DNA of 64,000 nucleotides from a candidate division WWE3 bacterium RIFCSPHIGHO2_01_FULL_40_23 (GTDB taxonomy: Bacteria > Patescibacteriota > WWE3 > UBA101185 > 2-01-FULL-41-18). Below the pieces are notes generated by a model. It saw only the letters and a program-made list of their open reading frames with translations. It made no database searches and was not told the DNA's origin. The stretch is from assembly GCA_001772615.1 (NCBI GenBank), contig MEUZ01000003.1:109698-173697 (forward strand). Direction: 5' to 3'. The position numbers and the translations under genes are program-made. Shown piece after piece: positions 19,642-30,053 of this stretch. Numbering within the stretch: the stretch's first letter is position 1; each line of letters starts with the position of its first letter.

Positions 19642-20782
19642 AGTCTACCTTTCTCGCTTGTGCATCCCATGAGAAACGGCTTCTGATAAGATTTATGTCA
19701 ATCTTAACACTCTCCTCCGTTATTTTTGTAATAAGCTCTGCTAGACTATCCGCACTATGAACCTTAACTTCATACAAACCTTTAATATCTAGAGGAAGTT
19801 TAAACCCCGATGCCGCCACAGAAATACCGCATGATAATGCTTCCAATACCACTTTCGGAAACCCTTCATAAACAGATGGGAGAACAAAAACATCTGACAA
19901 CTGATAATAAATCGGCAGTTCTGGATTAGACTTTTCACCTACAAATTTAACTCTTAATCCCAAACCTTCACTTGCAACTATCTCTTTAAGTTTATCCACA
20001 TATGCTTTCTCTCCCTTGCCAACAAGCATTACTACAAAGTTAGAGGGTAAAAACTTTAGAGACTCAACAATAAGGTGTATGTTTTTTCTGTCTACAAAGG
20101 CGCCGATATTAGATACTACAACTGCATCTTCTTTGATTCCTACTCGCCTTCTTAAATCCAATTTTTCGTAAGGGTTGCAGGGTTTAAAGATATCGGTATC
20201 AACTCCTGATTCTATAACTATTAACTTTTTTTCATCGGCTGAATACTCCTTAATAAAATCATTCTTAACCGATTCACTGACGCAGATACAGTAACTCGCT
20301 AACTTCAGCGCTAATACTTCTGACAATTTGTGCAGGGGCCATTCAATGAACTTACTAAGAACATAGATCCTCTTGCCCGAATGCAGGATTTCGTTTTCCC
20401 TAGCCTTAGAGCAAATGTGAAAGTGAGCAACTATTGGAGTTTTATCAATAAATCCAAAAAGAAATTTATAGATATAAATATAGAGTCCAAAGTGTCCATG
20501 TAAATGAAGAACGTCCACTTTATGGAAAAGTCTCCAAAATACAAAGTAAATAGCCATCAATGGTGCCGTCGTTACAAGGGCTGTCCCCTTTATTGGGGCT
20601 CTTAGAAAAGCCTTAATATCAACATTACTAAGTAATTCTAAAGCACCAGCCTTTGGCCATCTTGCACAAAAAACAGTTATGTGGTGGCCAAGCTTTGTCT
20701 GTGCTTTCGTCATACCATAAAGAGCAGGAGCAAGTCCTGTCCACGGTGGCGGCCATTCATAAACGACTCTTAATATCTTCAC
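19616..20782 (-). CDS. GT4-family glycosyltransferase (GT-B fold).
   Basis: The sequence contains EGFPKVVLEALSCGISVAAS (an EX7E motif). Confidence 0.75.
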   Translation of the reverse strand: MKILRVVYEWPPPWTGLAPALYGMTKAQTKLGHHITVFCARWPKAGALELLSNVDIKAFLRAPIKGTALVTTAPLMAIYFVFWRLFHKVDVLHLHGHFGLYIYIYKFLFGFIDKTPIVAHFHICSKARENEILHSGKRIYVLSKFIEWPLHKLSEVLALKLASYCICVSESVKNDFIKEYSADEKKLIVIESGVDTDIFKPCNPYEKLDLRRRVGIKEDAVVVSNIGAFVDRKNIHLIVESLKFLPSNFVVMLVGKGEKAYVDKLKEIVASEGLGLRVKFVGEKSNPELPIYYQLSDVFVLPSVYEGFPKVVLEALSCGISVAASGFKLPLDIKGLYEVKVHSADSLAELITKITEESVKIDINLIRSRFSWDAQARKVDFVYDKLRV

Positions 20783-20831
20783 ACGTGGATTATATCAACT
20801 AAAACCCTTACCCAAAAAGGTCTTTTATATC

Positions 20832-22040
20832 TTATTCGGAGTTTAATACCTCCGATATTACCTCTAAATACTGATTGGCCATTTTTTCCACAGAGAAAAG
20901 TTCCTTGGCTTTTTTTAGAGCACCCTCTCCCATCCTAACTCTTAATTTTGGATCGTTAAGTAAAAGCTTAATTTTCTGTGTGAAATCCCTCCAATTTCCG
21001 GCTTTAATTAAAAATCCCGTCTCATTATCAAAAACGCCCTCGTTTACCCCTCCAAGATCCATGGCCACAATAGGAAGCGAGGCCATCATTGCTTCAGGGA
21101 TCGTCACTGGAAAGCCTTCTCTTCTTTTTGTAGGAAGAATAAAAATGTGGGAACTTTCATAGAACTCCTTTAATTCCTCTCTTTTTACAAAGCCAAAAAA
21201 GTGTATCCTATCGGAAACACCCTTTGACTGGGCATATTCTTTCAAAGCTTTTTCATCACTCCCTCTTCCCACAATGTTAAGTCTTAAATCCCCTAACACC
21301 TCCGATAAAAAACTTACACAGTCAACAAGTTCAAATAGCCCTTTATCTTTCTCAACCCTTCCAACATAAATCAAAGAAGGTTTGGAAGTTTCTCTTATTT
21401 TAGGATCCACACCCATATCCTCCACTCCGTTATAAATAACCTTGACCATTTCTCTACTTATACCTGTTTCAAAGATAATGTTGTCTTTTACGAAGAGAGA
21501 AACGGCAACCACCAAATCGCTCCCATGAATAAATTCTTTCTGTCTTGTAAGAAGGGTTTTTAGCACGTATACAAAATCCTTAAGCATCCCCGGCAGGCTT
21601 AATAGTCTTTTAGGCCTCGATAATACTGTTTTAAGCTCCCCTAATATTGTGCCGTGTGCGATAGAAATAACAGGAATGCCTACCTCATTTTTGTGTCTGA
21701 TAATACCCAAACCTGCCGAGCTTTGACTTAAAGCTATATCATACGGGAAGTTTTTATGGTCTTCTAAAAACATCTCAAAGCTTTCCTTATACCATTCATC
21801 CCTTACGTTACTTCCTAAAATATGGTCAGTAAAAATTTTATTTTTGGGCTTTACGTTAACAAACTTATAAAGAACCCCGTTAACGGTTTCCTCAATGCCA
21901 TTAAGCTCACCAGCAGGTGAGTAAACTGTAACTGCGTGCCCCCTTTGGGTAAAGGCCTCGCAAAGAATCTTGTTTTGAACCTCAAGTCCTCCATGATTTG
22001 GGTGAAAAGTTGTTGATTTAATAAATACAGCTATATTCAT
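20832..22040 (-). CDS. GT4-family glycosyltransferase.
   Basis: The sequence contains EGFPVTIPEAMMASLPIVAMDLGG. Confidence 0.75.
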   Translation of the reverse strand: MNIAVFIKSTTFHPNHGGLEVQNKILCEAFTQRGHAVTVYSPAGELNGIEETVNGVLYKFVNVKPKNKIFTDHILGSNVRDEWYKESFEMFLEDHKNFPYDIALSQSSAGLGIIRHKNEVGIPVISIAHGTILGELKTVLSRPKRLLSLPGMLKDFVYVLKTLLTRQKEFIHGSDLVVAVSLFVKDNIIFETGISREMVKVIYNGVEDMGVDPKIRETSKPSLIYVGRVEKDKGLFELVDCVSFLSEVLGDLRLNIVGRGSDEKALKEYAQSKGVSDRIHFFGFVKREELKEFYESSHIFILPTKRREGFPVTIPEAMMASLPIVAMDLGGVNEGVFDNETGFLIKAGNWRDFTQKIKLLLNDPKLRVRMGEGALKKAKELFSVEKMANQYLEVISEVLNSE

Positions 22041-22041
22041 T

Positions 22042-23223
22042 TCAACTATTAAAAAGGTTCTCCAGCTTCATTATAGTATTCTCAAATCCAAACATACTGA
22101 TAACTTTACTCCTTGCAGATAAACCAAATCCTTTTCTTTTTTCTGGGTCCTTTAAAAGAATCTCCACTCTGTCAGCAAGCATCCTCTCATCTTTCTCATC
22201 AACAAGAAACCCATTAACATTATCCTCTACAAGTTCAGGAATAGCGGATATTTTAGTAGCCACAACAGGTAGGCCGCAAAGCATAGCCTCTATAATTACG
22301 TTAGGTAGACCATCCAGATCCCCGCTTTCAGCCTTAATACTCGGAGCTACAAAAATGTCGGCCTCAAAAAAATTGTGCTTATGTTCCTCAAAAGAAACCT
22401 CCGATGGAAATTTCACTCTATCCATAAGTGACATATCCGAAACCATCTTTAAAAGTCTCTCCTTTTCAGTACCTGGATCCCCTGCGATTCTAAGCTCGAA
22501 ATTAAGACCCTTCAGTTTTAAGATCCTTGCTGCAAGCACCATGTAAGAAAACCCTTTCTTTTCAACCATCCTGCCTACCATATAAATCACGGGAGCTTTA
22601 TTATTCACTTCCGACATCTTTCCCTCAAATAAATCAAAATTAATAAAATGGTAGATAGTGATAAGCTTACTTAAATACCGCTCGGGAATAAACTTTTTAA
22701 GATATAATACGTTGTTTTTAGTGCAAGTAACAACAAATTTGGAATCCTTGATTCTCTCTGTTATGCTTCTAGGATTAGAAAGCCATATATCCTCTGCATG
22801 GCACTCAATGCTAAAAGGAATTTTAGAAAGATCAGACAACATATTAGCAATCAAAGCGCCTTCCGTTATCCAGTTGGCATGTATCAGTGAAGGTTTAACT
22901 TTTCTTACAAACGAAAGCATGGAGATCGCGGTCCCAAGAGACAAAAGCCTTTTTCCATATTTAAAACAAACAAAAATAAATCTGAAAGGGTGAAAAAGCG
23001 CATATAAAAGCACACTTATAACTCTTTGGAATTTAGACTTATGGAAATATAAAATTTTCCCGTTTAAAACGTCTGGAACCCTGCCTTTTTCCCCTTTTTC
23101 TAGTGAAAGGATTGAAATATCAACCTTACCGCTTTTAATAAGTGCCTCCACTTCGCGTGTTATAAAGTTCTGACTAAAAGTTGGAAATGTAGGTATGTAA
23201 TACAAAATTTTTCTCATCTTCAC
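22042..23223 (-). CDS. GT4-family glycosyltransferase.
   Basis: The sequence contains DGLPNVIIEAMLCGLPVVATKISAIPELV. Confidence 0.75.
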   Translation of the reverse strand: MKMRKILYYIPTFPTFSQNFITREVEALIKSGKVDISILSLEKGEKGRVPDVLNGKILYFHKSKFQRVISVLLYALFHPFRFIFVCFKYGKRLLSLGTAISMLSFVRKVKPSLIHANWITEGALIANMLSDLSKIPFSIECHAEDIWLSNPRSITERIKDSKFVVTCTKNNVLYLKKFIPERYLSKLITIYHFINFDLFEGKMSEVNNKAPVIYMVGRMVEKKGFSYMVLAARILKLKGLNFELRIAGDPGTEKERLLKMVSDMSLMDRVKFPSEVSFEEHKHNFFEADIFVAPSIKAESGDLDGLPNVIIEAMLCGLPVVATKISAIPELVEDNVNGFLVDEKDERMLADRVEILLKDPEKRKGFGLSARSKVISMFGFENTIMKLENLFNS

Positions 23224-23242
23224 AGCATAAAATAACTTGTAG

Positions 23243-23734
23243 TTAAAAGGTTTCTAACTCTCTGTACCAGTCCGGCATCTTCATAAACACTTCAACCTGC
23301 TTTTTTATTCCAGCTTTAATTTTAGTCTTTGGGTTAAAACCAAAAAAAGTTTTGGCTTTAGTAAGAGAAAGTGGCACACCAGCCATAGCGGCAAGGTGAA
23401 TAACAACTTCAAACTGGTGCTTTTTAAAAAGTGATTTCAGAAAGTCATAATCAACTATATCCCCTTGTGTAAATAAGAAGCTACCTCTCACTCCCGTTTC
23501 AAGTTTTGAAAGACTCCCAAACTCATCAAGAACTTCTTTAACACCGGCTTCAGGAAAGGTAACGGGTTTATTGCCGCTTGAAAGAAAAGTTAAATCAAGG
23601 TTAAACTCTTTGCATTTTCTTGGATAGTAAGGATGGAAATTATCAATTCCTAAAACGTCATCCCCCCTTTGAATGAGCTTGCGGCATAAAAAACTCCCGA
23701 TAAAACCAGCAACTCCAGTCACTAAAACCTTCAT
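23243..23734 (-). pseudogene. NAD-dependent epimerase/dehydratase remnant with an in-frame internal deletion. The Rossmann N-terminus and the C-terminal tail remain, and the catalytic middle is missing.
   Basis: MKVLVTGVAGFIGSFL...VIHLAAMAGV is joined directly to the C-terminal-like ...KAKTFFGFNPKTKIKAGIKK. Only 163 aa remain, against about 310 aa for family members. A full-length paralog lies at 24787..25773. Confidence 0.5.
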
Positions 23735-23749
23735 ACGAAGATTATAGCA

Positions 23750-24751
23750 TCAGTCAACATTGATTTCTCTTCTTATCGTATAAGGCTTTCTATCGGTTGC
23801 TTCAAAAAAGATCCTAACAAGAAGCTCGCCTAAAAGACCTGTCATTATAAATTGACCTCCAAGCACTATAAACATAACGGAAAAAATGAGTAACGGCCTT
23901 GAACCTATATCATGCCCATATAAAAATTTGTCCACCGCAAGATATAAACTCATTGCACAGCCCGCCAAAAAAAGAACTGATCCGGTAAGTCCAAATAGTC
24001 TTCCCGGCATCATTGTAAAAGGCTTAGTAGAGAAAGACTTAAAAAATGCCAGAGGAAAAAGATCCAAAAACACCGAGAAGGTTCTCGTTAAAGAACCGTA
24101 AGCGGTACTTCCATATACTCTTGGCTTATACTCCACATCAAATTCGGTAATCTTATTGGTATAAACAGTTCCATAAGCAAGCATAAACCTATGCATTTCC
24201 CCATAAAACTTAAGGTTATTAAGAACAAACCTCCTAAAACCTTTAAGCCCCGAACCTTGATCTTTAATTTTTATTCCCGATATAAAACCTATGAGCTCGT
24301 TAGCAATCGAGGAAGGGATGGACCTTAAAAAAGCGGTGGCTCTTCTTTCTTTAAATCTGCCTACTCTATTCGTGTTTACTATGTCAAAACCCTCATCAAG
24401 CTTTTTAATAACATTTAAAATCTCATTCGTATTAACCTCAAGATCGCTTGCTATAATAATTACATAATCTCCCTTGCTATGATCAAACCCATTCTGATAG
24501 GCTGCGGTTAAACCGTAATTTCTTGAATGCTGGATCACCTTCAGACTTTTATCATTTTGAGCAAGTTCGGAAAGCACATCCCAGGTTCTATCTTTAAAAC
24601 TTCCATCGTCAACCATTATAATTTCGTAACTTCTACCACTTTCCTTCAAAACTTCTTTAAGTTCTTTGTACAAAACGATTATATTTTTTTCCTCATTATA
24701 AATAGGAACAATTATGGAAAGATTTACATTTTTAGTTGAATCAAAAAGCAT
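23750..24751 (-). CDS. Family 2 glycosyltransferase of the polyprenyl-phosphate sugar transferase type (DPM1/ArnC-like), with a C-terminal TM anchor.
   Basis: The sequence reads LSIIVPIYNEEKNI...YEIIMVDDGSFKDRT. Two hydrophobic helices sit at the C-terminus. Confidence 0.75.
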   Translation of the reverse strand: MLFDSTKNVNLSIIVPIYNEEKNIIVLYKELKEVLKESGRSYEIIMVDDGSFKDRTWDVLSELAQNDKSLKVIQHSRNYGLTAAYQNGFDHSKGDYVIIIASDLEVNTNEILNVIKKLDEGFDIVNTNRVGRFKERRATAFLRSIPSSIANELIGFISGIKIKDQGSGLKGFRRFVLNNLKFYGEMHRFMLAYGTVYTNKITEFDVEYKPRVYGSTAYGSLTRTFSVFLDLFPLAFFKSFSTKPFTMMPGRLFGLTGSVLFLAGCAMSLYLAVDKFLYGHDIGSRPLLIFSVMFIVLGGQFIMTGLLGELLVRIFFEATDRKPYTIRREINVD

Positions 24752-24786
24752 AGCAAGTAAGATTTTCCCACATCAAAATTGCGTGG

Positions 24787-25773
24787 TCAAACCCTAAGGT
24801 CAAACCCTCCCGGGCGTTTAGCATGCCAGTAAAGGGATGACCTGACAATATCAGCAAGTGAGTTTTTTGGTTCCCAGGAAAGCTCTGTTTTGGCTTTTTT
24901 ATTATCAGCCCATAAGGAATCTACATCACCCTTTCGTCTGGGAGATGTTACAGTATTGATCTTCCTTCCCGTTTGCAGCTCAACTTCCGTTATTACATCC
25001 TTTACTGAAAAACCATGGGAAGAGCAGACATTAAATATTTCGCTTTTAGGCTTTTTTGATAAGTGCTCTGCCGACTTAATAAAAGCCTCGGCAACATCCT
25101 CCACATGAACGTAATCCTTAATATAGGTTCCGTCATAAGTCTCAAAGTCAGATCCATGCATCCTAAATACCCCATCTGATAAAGCGGCTTTTGAGAGCAC
25201 TGATACATCCGAGCTTAAGGCCCCCTTATCCTCACCGATACTCCCATCCGCCATGGCTCCGGCAACTTCAAAAAGCCTTAAAGAAATTGTTTTAATCCCA
25301 AACAAAAGATCATACCACCCAAAAATTCTCTCTATAAAAACTAGCGTTTCAGAAAACACAGTTTCCGTACCAAAGTCACTATCTTCATTAACCGGAAGAA
25401 AGTCAGCCTTACCATAAATCTCTGAAGATGAAGCAAAGATTAGCCTTTTTACTGAATTCTGCTTCATGGCCTCAACAAGGTTAAGGCTCGCGGTAATGTT
25501 ACTCTTCAAGCAAAGGTAAGGCTCCTCAAAAGAGTTTTTGGAAGCAGTGTTTCCGGATAAATTAATTACTAAATTAAAGGCGGACGTCTTTAAAGCTCCG
25601 TCAATACTGTTAAAATTAAGAAGGTCTCCTTCTATAACTTTACAGATCTTTACTGCTTCTTTATGGCCGGTTGAGAAATTATCAAAGACGGTAACTTCAT
25701 TATTTGCTTCAAGAAGTTTTCTTACAAGTACAGAACCAATAAAACCCGCACCACCGCATAAAAGAACTCTCAT
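24787..25773 (-). CDS. NAD-dependent sugar epimerase of the UDP-glucose 4-epimerase (GalE) type.
   Basis: The N-terminus is MRVLLCGGAGFIGS. The protein is full length (328 aa) with a YxxxK region. Confidence 0.7.
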   Translation of the reverse strand: MRVLLCGGAGFIGSVLVRKLLEANNEVTVFDNFSTGHKEAVKICKVIEGDLLNFNSIDGALKTSAFNLVINLSGNTASKNSFEEPYLCLKSNITASLNLVEAMKQNSVKRLIFASSSEIYGKADFLPVNEDSDFGTETVFSETLVFIERIFGWYDLLFGIKTISLRLFEVAGAMADGSIGEDKGALSSDVSVLSKAALSDGVFRMHGSDFETYDGTYIKDYVHVEDVAEAFIKSAEHLSKKPKSEIFNVCSSHGFSVKDVITEVELQTGRKINTVTSPRRKGDVDSLWADNKKAKTELSWEPKNSLADIVRSSLYWHAKRPGGFDLRV

Positions 25774-25788
25774 GTTCCTTGTCTTAGA

Positions 25789-26535
25789 CTAATATTTACC
25801 CAGAAGGTCATTAAATCTTACCTTTAATACATCTAAAAAATTATAAAAAGAATCTCTTATATTATTAACTCTTGTATTTCGGTATTCCCACACAATGGGC
25901 ACCTCTTTAATCTTTTTACCCATCTTTTTTGCAATAAAAAGAATTTCCACATCAAAAGCCGTAACTTTGGGAACTTTAAGTTCTTTTGACGAATCCCCAT
26001 ACAATAAACTCTTTTTAAATATCTCTCTGGCAAGATCTCCCCTGAAAAGTTTAAAACCGCATTGAGTATCATTAATTCCTGAAAGAACCAGAAGCCTTAC
26101 AAGAAGGTTAAAAGTCCTTCCCATTATATGTCTTATCAGCGGTTCATTTTTTCTGACAGCGCCTATGCCTTCTCTTGATCCAATCCCAATATCAAAATCA
26201 TTGTCTTTTACCCACACAAGAAGTCTTTTAAGCTCTTCTATGGGTACGGCCAGATCTCCATCACACAAAAGAACAAAGTTGCCTGTAGAATTTAATACAC
26301 CTGTCCTGACTGCAAAACCTTTCCCTTTATGTGCATTCTTTATCAAAATAACCTTTTCGTTTGTACTCCTAAAGGTATCAACAGTTTCTGACGTAGCGTC
26401 CGTGCTTCCATCATCAACCACAATAATTTCATAATTAGGTTCAAAGTCATTAAGAAAGGTTGTAATTTTCGTTAAGGTTATTCCTATATTAGGTTTTTCA
26501 TTATACGCGGGTATTACAACGGAAATTTCAGTCAT
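25789..26535 (-). CDS. Family 2 glycosyltransferase of the polyprenyl-phosphate glucosyl/mannosyltransferase type.
   Basis: The sequence reads MTEISVVIPAYNEKPNI...IIVVDDGSTDAT. The start is taken at the internal Met to avoid a 38-nt overlap, against the track ORF end of 26574. Confidence 0.7.
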   Translation of the reverse strand: MTEISVVIPAYNEKPNIGITLTKITTFLNDFEPNYEIIVVDDGSTDATSETVDTFRSTNEKVILIKNAHKGKGFAVRTGVLNSTGNFVLLCDGDLAVPIEELKRLLVWVKDNDFDIGIGSREGIGAVRKNEPLIRHIMGRTFNLLVRLLVLSGINDTQCGFKLFRGDLAREIFKKSLLYGDSSKELKVPKVTAFDVEILFIAKKMGKKIKEVPIVWEYRNTRVNNIRDSFYNFLDVLKVRFNDLLGKY

Positions 26536-26536
26536 A

Positions 26537-27673
26537 TCAAACTTTAATAACGGTGGCAGTTTTTTCCCAAACAATTTTACTATATAAGAGATAGTTCCAT
26601 ATGAGCCCGATTAAAATTCCAAGAGGATAGCCTACCAAAAGCACAAAAATAACTTTCCCAAAAACCGATTGCGATAAAACAATGAAGCCTTTTTGAATAA
26701 AGTATGTGCCTATATTTATAAGACAAAAGATAATAAACTTTTTCATCTTCTCATCCACTCTTACGATTTTTCTCTCCTTAAACGACCAGAGATTGTTAAA
26801 AGTGAAAGTTGTAACTACTGCGGCAAGAAAAGCTGGTAGTAAAGAGACAGAAGGATTAATCTTGTAAAAAAGAACTAAAAAATAAAAAATGGAAGTCTGC
26901 ACAAAAAGACCCGCACTCCCTACTATCAGAAACTTAAAAAAAGAAGCATTCTTTTTAATCCTTAACTTAAAAATAAGTTTGAGAGATTCAATAATATTCT
27001 CCTTTTCCATTTTTGAGTCCCCTCTGTCTCTCAAACCAAAAGCTATAGGGATTTCACCAATTTTTCCACCCTTCATTTTCATCTCATATAAAAGCTGAAT
27101 TTTGTATGTGTATGCCTTTCTATCTAAATCCTCAAGGTTTACTTTAGAAAGGGTTGAAACTCTTGATATCCTATAACCGGAGGTAACATCATGAATTTCA
27201 AAAAGGCCCAGTACAATTCGCGAGAGAAGATTCCCAAAAAAACTTAAGAGCTTCCTGTAAAGTGCCCATGAGTCAGGAATAGAACCTCCTTTGATATACC
27301 TTGAACCAAGCACATAGTCATATCCTTCATTTAATTTTGCCACGAATCGCTTAACATCCTTCGGATCGTGCTGAAAGTCAGCGTCCATTTCAACAATCCC
27401 ATCCGCTTTAAGCTCACTAATTGCATATTTCATTCCCAAAATATAGGCGCTTCCAAGTCCTGTTTTTTTCTCTTCCACCAAAAGATGTATGTTGGGATTT
27501 TCCTTCACCTTTTTCCTTACAGCCTCCGTTGTGCCGTCAGTTGAATTCCCATCAACAATCACGCTATGCATTTCACACGAGGGAACACCTTTAAACTGCG
27601 CCTTCAGCGCATCAAGAAACTTGTCAATATTTTCAATTTCGTTATAAGTTGGCGTTACAACTACTATCCTCAT
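26537..27673 (-). CDS. GT2 glycosyltransferase fused to a C-terminal GtrA-like membrane domain.
   Basis: The sequence reads MRIVVVTPTYNEIENI...VIVDGNSTDGT. The C-terminus carries 4 TM helices (FLIVGSAGLFVQTSIFYFLV). Confidence 0.75.
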   Translation of the reverse strand: MRIVVVTPTYNEIENIDKFLDALKAQFKGVPSCEMHSVIVDGNSTDGTTEAVRKKVKENPNIHLLVEEKKTGLGSAYILGMKYAISELKADGIVEMDADFQHDPKDVKRFVAKLNEGYDYVLGSRYIKGGSIPDSWALYRKLLSFFGNLLSRIVLGLFEIHDVTSGYRISRVSTLSKVNLEDLDRKAYTYKIQLLYEMKMKGGKIGEIPIAFGLRDRGDSKMEKENIIESLKLIFKLRIKKNASFFKFLIVGSAGLFVQTSIFYFLVLFYKINPSVSLLPAFLAAVVTTFTFNNLWSFKERKIVRVDEKMKKFIIFCLINIGTYFIQKGFIVLSQSVFGKVIFVLLVGYPLGILIGLIWNYLLYSKIVWEKTATVIKV

Positions 27674-27735
27674 CTCATAGACCCTTAAACTAACCCTAAC
27701 AACTCAAAGTTTACAATAAAGATTAAGGGAATGCT

Positions 27736-27990
27736 CTAAATACCAAGAACCATGGCAAAAAGCAGTGTTACGATACCGCCTATTAAAACATATTCCAGTA
27801 TAATCTGAAAAGTGAGCCGATCCTCCAAATAATGATGGACAAACGCCCACAAAACATAGTAAGAAACCCCCGCCAGGACAGAGAAGAACTGATATCTTAA
27901 ATTAAATCTGAAAAGAAAGAAAAAAAGGAAGCTTACGGATAGCCCCACAAAAAGAAAAATTAAATGTGAGATGTGCTTTTTTTCTTCCAT
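27736..27990 (-). CDS. Small membrane protein of 84 aa.
   Basis: The ORF has three hydrophobic helices. It is co-oriented with the CAP protein upstream and separated from it by 1 nt. Confidence 0.4.
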   Translation of the reverse strand: MEEKKHISHLIFLFVGLSVSFLFFFLFRFNLRYQFFSVLAGVSYYVLWAFVHHYLEDRLTFQIILEYVLIGGIVTLLFAMVLGI

Positions 27991-27991
27991 A

Positions 27992-28882
27992 CTATAAAAC
28001 CCTGCCTGGAACTATAACAAACCCTATACTCACTATTGCAAGCATCAAAAGGAAAATATGAGCTAAAGTGTGCCCGTTAAGTTTAACAATACCTTTTCTT
28101 GATGAATACCAAAAGTCAATCATAAACAAGGCAAAAACAAAACCGGCAAGAATAAGCGAAATGGTCTTCGTGAAGAAATAGATGTCAATAAGCGGAAACT
28201 CTTCTTTCTTTGAAGTATCAACCGCACTTAATTTTTCACCGATTTGGCTCTCTAGAAGAGAAGAATCACTTCTTTGGACTTTTAATCCCCCTATCTCCAC
28301 TTTCTCAACGGGAACCGGCGTTCTTCTCTTACCGAAAAATTGAACAACAAGTGTAGTCTGGTAACCGTCCAAAGTCCCGTTTACAACAGCAAACCCTATA
28401 TCATTGTAATTTGGATTTAAAAGGTTGTCCCTATGTGTAGGAGAGTCCATCCAGGCCTTAACAACACTTTTAGATTCATTAAAGTTTTTTGCTAGGTTCT
28501 CCCCTGCTGTTGAGTAGTCATAATTAACCTCCGAAAAGAAATACCAAGGCTCAATCCCAGAAGGTGATACATGCGCCCAATAGTTATTTTTAAACATATC
28601 CTCGGCTTTAGCACTTGCCGCCTTGGTTAAGTCCGGATCAAGATTAAGTTCCGAAAGTCCTTTAAGCTTTCTTTGTTCATTTGTGTATTTATAAAGATCT
28701 GAAGCGTTGATATTGGAGGCATAACCTAAGACTCCGGGCATTCTTACTGCCGTAACTCTAATAGACGCCATTAAAAACAGAAGGAGGAAAGAATAATAAC
28801 TTAAAGCCTTATGGCTTAGTAAATGTGACCTCCTCTTACCATTCACATCAGGAAGAAAGTGGGCAAATGTGACAAGCTTCAT
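27992..28882 (-). CDS. CAP/SCP-like (cysteine-rich secretory protein family) domain protein with N-terminal and C-terminal TM segments.
   Basis: The sequence contains AGENLAKNF...KAWMDSPTHRDNLLNPNYNDIGFAV. Confidence 0.65.
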   Translation of the reverse strand: MKLVTFAHFLPDVNGKRRSHLLSHKALSYYSFLLLFLMASIRVTAVRMPGVLGYASNINASDLYKYTNEQRKLKGLSELNLDPDLTKAASAKAEDMFKNNYWAHVSPSGIEPWYFFSEVNYDYSTAGENLAKNFNESKSVVKAWMDSPTHRDNLLNPNYNDIGFAVVNGTLDGYQTTLVVQFFGKRRTPVPVEKVEIGGLKVQRSDSSLLESQIGEKLSAVDTSKKEEFPLIDIYFFTKTISLILAGFVFALFMIDFWYSSRKGIVKLNGHTLAHIFLLMLAIVSIGFVIVPGRVL

Positions 28883-28909
28883 ATCACTAAAATAATAACA
28901 TATAAACTC

Positions 28910-28939
28910 TTGACATTAGGAAATAGGGCACCTAGTATA
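28910..28939 (+). promoter_or_regulatory. Sigma70-type promoter: TTGACA, an 18-nt spacer, then TAGTAT.
   Basis: The sequence reads cTTGACAttaggaaatagggcaccTAGTATatacttaATG. The -10 element lies 7 nt before the ATG at 28946. Confidence 0.45.
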
Positions 28940-28945
28940 TACTTA

Positions 28946-29155
28946 ATGCCAAAGCTTAAAAGAAAGAACAAGTCTTCCTCAACCAGAAGCTCTGCCATAT
29001 ATGACAGGGAGTTTCATTTCCTCACCGATAACAAGCGCACACTTCAGTTAATTATAACTGCCTTCCTTGCTCTCTCCGCTCTTCTTGTCGCCCACATAGT
29101 AAATCAGCAGGAAGAGCTTGACCTATACAAAGAAGCAAGGGCGGTCACAAGATAA
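28946..29155 (+). CDS. Small membrane protein of 69 aa. Its mRNA is probably leaderless.
   Basis: The ATG lies immediately downstream of a consensus promoter with no SD sequence. One TM helix is present (LQLIITAFLALSALLVAHIV). The stop is 3 nt before the SBP gene start. Confidence 0.35.
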   Translation: MPKLKRKNKSSSTRSSAIYDREFHFLTDNKRTLQLIITAFLALSALLVAHIVNQQEELDLYKEARAVTR

Positions 29156-29158
29156 TCC

Positions 29159-29971
29159 ATGCCACCCAAGACTCTTATTGTTCTCCTTATTGGAATTTTA
29201 TTTATAAGCCTTTTCTATTATTATTCAAAACTTAATTCCGGCAATCCTTTCACGGAAGACGCCCCCAAAGACAACTCTTTGGAGAGAGTTCTCTCCTCAA
29301 AGGAACTAAGAGTAGGATCAGCCCTTGAGGAGCTTCCCTGGGGGAAAGTTGATCCTAAAACGGGAAAAGAAATAGGAGCAGAGGTTGAAATTGCAAAACT
29401 CGTTGCCGATAAGCTTTCGGTCAAACTCGTACTTGTAAATAAAGGTTTTGACTACCTTTTACCTGACCTTCTTAACAAGCAATATGATGTTGTAATAGCC
29501 GGGATGAGTATAACCAATGAAAGGAAAAAGCTTGTTAACTTTACCGGTCCTTACCTTACTACAGGCCTTTCCATAATTGTGAGAAAGGACAATCAAAGCA
29601 TTAAGTCGGTTTCTGATCTTGAAGGGAAAAAGGTAGGCACACTTTCAGGAACCACTTCACATGAGTTCCTTCAAACTTTAAAAAATGTTGACGTTAGAGC
29701 CTATGATGATCCTGGAAAGTACATAACTGAAACAATTAACGGAAACATTGACGCTACCGTTTATGATGCAACCGCAGCAAATAACTACTTAAAAGAAAAT
29801 CCTTCCCTTAAAGTCACAGGGGACCTTCTTAAAAAAGAGCAATACGGCATGGCCGTTAGAAAAGGGGATGTTATGCTTCTAAATGAATTAAACCTTATCA
29901 TATCGGAAATTAAGGATAGTGACGAATTTAAAAAGATTATACAAGAATGGTATGGCCCTTCTGTTGAATAA
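29159..29971 (+). CDS. Periplasmic solute-binding protein of family 3 (polar amino acid ABC-type SBP).
   Basis: The protein has a signal anchor. It contains DVVIAGMSITNERKK and GTLSGTTSHEFL. No permease or ATPase is adjacent. Confidence 0.7.
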   Translation: MPPKTLIVLLIGILFISLFYYYSKLNSGNPFTEDAPKDNSLERVLSSKELRVGSALEELPWGKVDPKTGKEIGAEVEIAKLVADKLSVKLVLVNKGFDYLLPDLLNKQYDVVIAGMSITNERKKLVNFTGPYLTTGLSIIVRKDNQSIKSVSDLEGKKVGTLSGTTSHEFLQTLKNVDVRAYDDPGKYITETINGNIDATVYDATAANNYLKENPSLKVTGDLLKKEQYGMAVRKGDVMLLNELNLIISEIKDSDEFKKIIQEWYGPSVE

Positions 29972-30053
29972 AAATTTAAAAAACATCAACCAACTATAAC
30001 AAACGATAAAGAAATCTTAGCTTAAAAAGATCACGGGTAGTATTATTGAGTCA

